Both the position numbers and the translations under genes were made by a program. Below the pieces are notes generated by a model that saw only the letters and a list, made by a program, of their open reading frames with translations, had not been told where the DNA came from and made no database searches. Shown one piece after another: positions 60,501 to 64,000 of a DNA stretch of 64,000 nucleotides. The stretch spans positions 1 through 64,000 of the forward strand of contig DF237200.1 in NCBI GenBank assembly GCA_000708835.1, given 5' to 3'. Numbering within the stretch: the stretch's first letter is position 1; each line of letters begins with the position of its first letter. This stretch comes from Klebsormidium nitens (Eukaryota; Plantae; Klebsormidiophyceae).

Positions 60501-63500
60501 CAAGAAGAACGACCTCGGCAGCTGGTGGAACTGGGCGCTAGGAGGAGAGAGAGCCCAGAAGAAGTACGAGGCGAAGAAGTACGGCCAGGTAAGGTTTGAG
60601 ATGGTTATCATTGACACAACTGACACTTCTCCCCCGTAGCGGACGTCTTCTTCGAGATAGGATGGCGTCTTAGGGTAGCACCAACCAAGCAGGCCTGCCT
60701 GTAAATAAGGCCCACAAATTTCTGATGGTCCATTCTCAGTCTGTGCAGTTCCTCTCACTATTTTTGGGTATACATTCTTAATCCTCGGGGATACTTTGAG
60801 GACTGAATCTTTCAGAAAGAGCAGGGTCTGAAAGGAGTGGATGGAGGAAAGCCGTCGGGTTAACCACTTGAAAGCGTCCGTCATCTGCATCAGAACTATC
60901 TCCGAGACGTGCGTTGCTTCATATCCTTGCAGGTCGCCAATATATCAAGAACTGTCTCACTTATGCAAACGGTTCTTTCGCTCGACCAGTCTCACAGACC
61001 TGGTTTTTCGCAAACAGACAGTCGTTAGAAGTTTCCAACCCCCATGAAACACTTGTTCCTGACTTCTGAAAAACGCAGTCCCTTTGCAGGGCTGGCGCCT
61101 CTGGTGGTCCGCCAAGGAGAAAGCCGCCGAGTTCGCGGAGCACGCCCCCGAGTACTACGCCCAGGCGAAGGAGAAGGGCGCCGAGACCTACCAGCAGGCT
61201 CGCGAGACGGCCGGTGACGTCAGCGACTACGTCAAAGAGACCAAGGACTACGTCACGGGTGATGTCAAGAAGCGAGACGCCGGCAAGTGGTGGCGGTGGG
61301 CAGCTTGGGGACAGAAGCCGCGTGAGGAGGACTTCGGAATGGTGCGTCTCTTCTTCATCTCCAAAAGACTGTTGTCTACGGAGGGCTTACTGCAGTATTG
61401 TAGTGTGCAATCCGCAGCTTGCACTGTGAAGGTTTCGGGAAGAGTACTTAAGCACCCCATCGAGTAGTTGAAGGGAAGGAGGTTTTACGGGCTTACTGTA
61501 CCCTTTGATGTCTGTGAAATCTGGTAAGGTCTCCGTGTCTTCTCTGCTGAGGTTTTGTACATAGTTTTTCTTCAGAGATCATGTAATGTCTTTCAAAAGT
61601 GACATATCCGTACCCCCATCTTCCGTCTATCTTTACTGATTGACGCTCAACCGTAAGACTTGCTGAAAGTCAAGACTTTTCTGAGATTATCTGCAATGCA
61701 GCAGGCATTATATCTTCCCGGAATTCGGCAGATACATGGGTCGAGTGACTACTTACTGGGACCTGTCTGCCAGTGTACTTGGTTGTTAGCGCCCAATTTA
61801 ATCGAAGCCCTCGCAATCCTCCAGCTCAATCCTCCAGCTCATCAACTGGCTCGCTACACAAAGACGTACATTTTCCTTCCTGCAACGAACGGCATGGCCT
61901 AGCGAAAATCATGCGCCTCTTGTGAATTGTCCTTCCCTAACAAACAGCAGTTAACGAGAGCGACGACGATCTTCTACCTGGAAACAGGACCCGCGTCCAT
62001 TGCAGGTGCTTTGCTGGGTTGCAAAGAGCGAGCCTCAGGTTGACCGTGTTTTGAGTGTCTTACGTAGGCCGACTTTCCATGCTTCGTCTGCAGGGCTGGC
62101 GCCTCTGGTGGTCCGCGAAGGACAAGGCCGCTGATCTCGCGGAGCATGCCCCCCAGTACTACGCCCAGGCAAAGGAGAAGAGCGCCGAGTACTACCAGCA
62201 GGCGCGGCAGACGGCCGGTGACGTCACCGACTATGCGATGGACACCAAGGACTACGTCACAGGTGATGTCAAGGAGCGGGACTCCGGCAAGTGGTGGAGG
62301 TGGGCCCTGTGGGGGAAGAAGGCGCGCGCGGAGGAGGAGGCGAAGCGCTATGGAACGGTGAGAATGCACGGTATAGGTTGTGTGGAAAGCAATCTTGAAT
62401 TATTAGGCTGGGTAGGTGGTTCGCTGATTTACTGATTGCGGTAGAGCTTGTGCGGCATTCACTGGAAACAAATTCGAATCGCTCCTCTCAAACCTCTATT
62501 CACGAAAGTCCATGTTCCCACCGGTCACAAGCAGTAGCGTACATTTACAAGCTCTTGATTGGGCAGATCAACAGCTCACTCTATGAAGTTCACTTATGAC
62601 TGTGGGATAAAGGCAGGCGTGAATCGAGAATGAGAAGGTCACCTAGATGTCTGTTTTTGCACTCTTTCTTACTTAACGCCTCGACATCTCATTGCCTCTT
62701 TTTGCGTCCTTTCCAGGGCTGGCTGTACTGGTGGGCTGCCAAAGACCGCCTCGGACAAGCCGCCGAGCGCACCCCCGAGTACGTCAGCAAGGCCCGCGAA
62801 GCCGCTTCCCAGGCTAGCGAGCAGATCCCCGGCTACGTCAGCAAGGCCCGTGAAGTCGCTTCCCAGGCCAGCGAGCAGATGGCCGACACTGCCTCCAAGG
62901 TGAAGGATTCCGCGGTGGAGTGGGCGGAATCCGCCCGCGAGAAGGTGGCGGAACCGGCCGCGCAAGCGCAGCAGAAGGCTGGGGAGATCGCTGGGACGGT
63001 GCGGAACAGGGCGGAAGACGTCACGGGCGCTGTGAAAGGAAAGGTGAAGCAAGTCAGAAACGCAGCTGGCGAGATCGTGGAGGAAATCGAGGAGCCGGTC
63101 GAGAAGTATGCCGGCGCGGCAAAGGAGAAAGGGAGGGAGGCGGTAACCAAAGCGCAGCAAATGGGCGAGGGTGCAGAGGAATATGCGGAGGGCGTCAAGC
63201 GCAAGGGGAAGGAAGCCGGCGGAAAGGCGACCGGTATCCTGGGTGAAGCTGAGCGGAAAGCCCACGAGTTTGCGGAAGCGGTGAAGCACAAGGCCGAGCA
63301 GCTGGTGATGGGGGCGCGGGGCAAGGCCGGAGAGGCCAAAGAGACCGGGGAAGAGTATTTGGGCGCTGCCAAGGGAAAGGGCGAACGGCTAGCTGAGAAG
63401 GCGGAGGAGAGCCTGAGCTCCGCGCAGAGGACCGGAGAGGAATACGCGACTGGTGCGAAACGCAAAGGAGAAGAGTATGCGGGCGAAGCGAAGCGCAAGG

Positions 63501-64000
63501 GGAAGGAATATCTTGGTGGAGCGGTTCGCAAGGGCGAGGAATACGCGGGTAAAGCCAAGCGCAAGGGGCAGGAAGTCGCGGGCGAAGCCAAGCGCAAGGG
63601 AGAGGAGTATGCGGGCGGCGCAAAGCGCACGGGGGAGGAGCTGACGCGCAAAGCGGGCCAACACGTGTCGGGCATCTGGAGGGCCACGGAGGATTACCCC
63701 GCTGAAGCGCGCCACAAGCTGGAGGAGCTGACCCGGGAAGTCGAGGAACGCTTGGAGGAGGTCTGGAGAACCGGGGAGCAGTACGCCGAGCAAAGCGGGC
63801 GCAGCGGGAACCGCCTGAGCAGAGACGCGAGCGCCCGGATGAGCGCGACCGGGGAGCGGATCAAGGACCGCGCAAGTGACTACGCGGATTCTGCCGGGGA
63901 CTCGTTCCGGTCGGTCGGCAGCAAGGGACGCCAGTACTACGAGTCGGCGAAGGAGACCGGAGAAGAGGTCGCCGAGGCTCCGCGCCGTTGGTGGCAGTTC
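57553..64000 (+). CDS. Very long group-3-like (LEA_4) late embryogenesis abundant protein, 3' end beyond the window
   Basis: Exons 57553-57692, 58387-58573, 59224-60008, 60417-60588, 61090-61341, 62094-62357 and 62717 to beyond 64000, phases consistent. Signal-like N-terminus (LAGAVVFTP), A/K/E/G-rich amphipathic repeats and KRKGEEYAGEA 11-mers. Confidence 0.85.
58660..58801 (+). repeat. Perfect 71-bp tandem duplication in LEA intron 2
   Basis: GGAGTGCTGCAAAGAACAATC...GGGGTCAACAA occurs at 58660-58730 and again at 58731-58801. Confidence 0.9.
63430..63650 (+). repeat. Coding 33-bp (11-aa) tandem repeat in LEA exon 7
   Basis: About six copies of (K/V)R(K/T)G(E/K/Q)E(Y/V)(A/L)(G/T)(E/G/K)A. 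Confidence 0.85.

Noticed and set aside
62669-63793. Long minus-strand ORFs (62669-63289, 62833-63687, 63389-63793)
   Set aside because: These are antisense shadows of the GC3-rich repetitive LEA exon. The same applies to 59191-59784, 39521-40027 and similar ORFs over other exons.

Overview
Eukaryotic nuclear DNA with spliceosomal introns and GC3-rich exons. The gene content (LFR, plant-type GH3 beta-xylosidase, LEA-DUF4149 proteins) points to a streptophyte, most likely a charophyte alga such as Klebsormidium; this is inference and no search was run. I rebuilt phase-consistent exon models by hand for a CutC-family gene with a long C-terminal extension (11778-16096, -), LFR (17538-22238, -), a BXL-type GH3 glycosidase (22920-28325, +), a DUF1444-like/MYND protein (33045-35813, -), an about 1600-aa disordered coiled-coil protein (39502-50834, -) and a head-to-head pair of LEA genes (52781-55863, -; 57553 to beyond 64000, +) with a TA-flanked MITE between them. 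The 29.8-37.1 kb block looks accessory: two outward-facing paralogous zinc-finger genes bracket an intronless dual-specificity phosphatase with one in-frame TAA and the MYND gene. The first 11 kb has no recognisable gene but carries four CGCG-rich islands that each end in a shared 17-mer. The most striking pattern is exon echoes: decayed tandem copies of exon ends, often with their splice sites, inside adjacent introns of three unrelated genes. No rRNA, tRNA or CRISPR array was seen.
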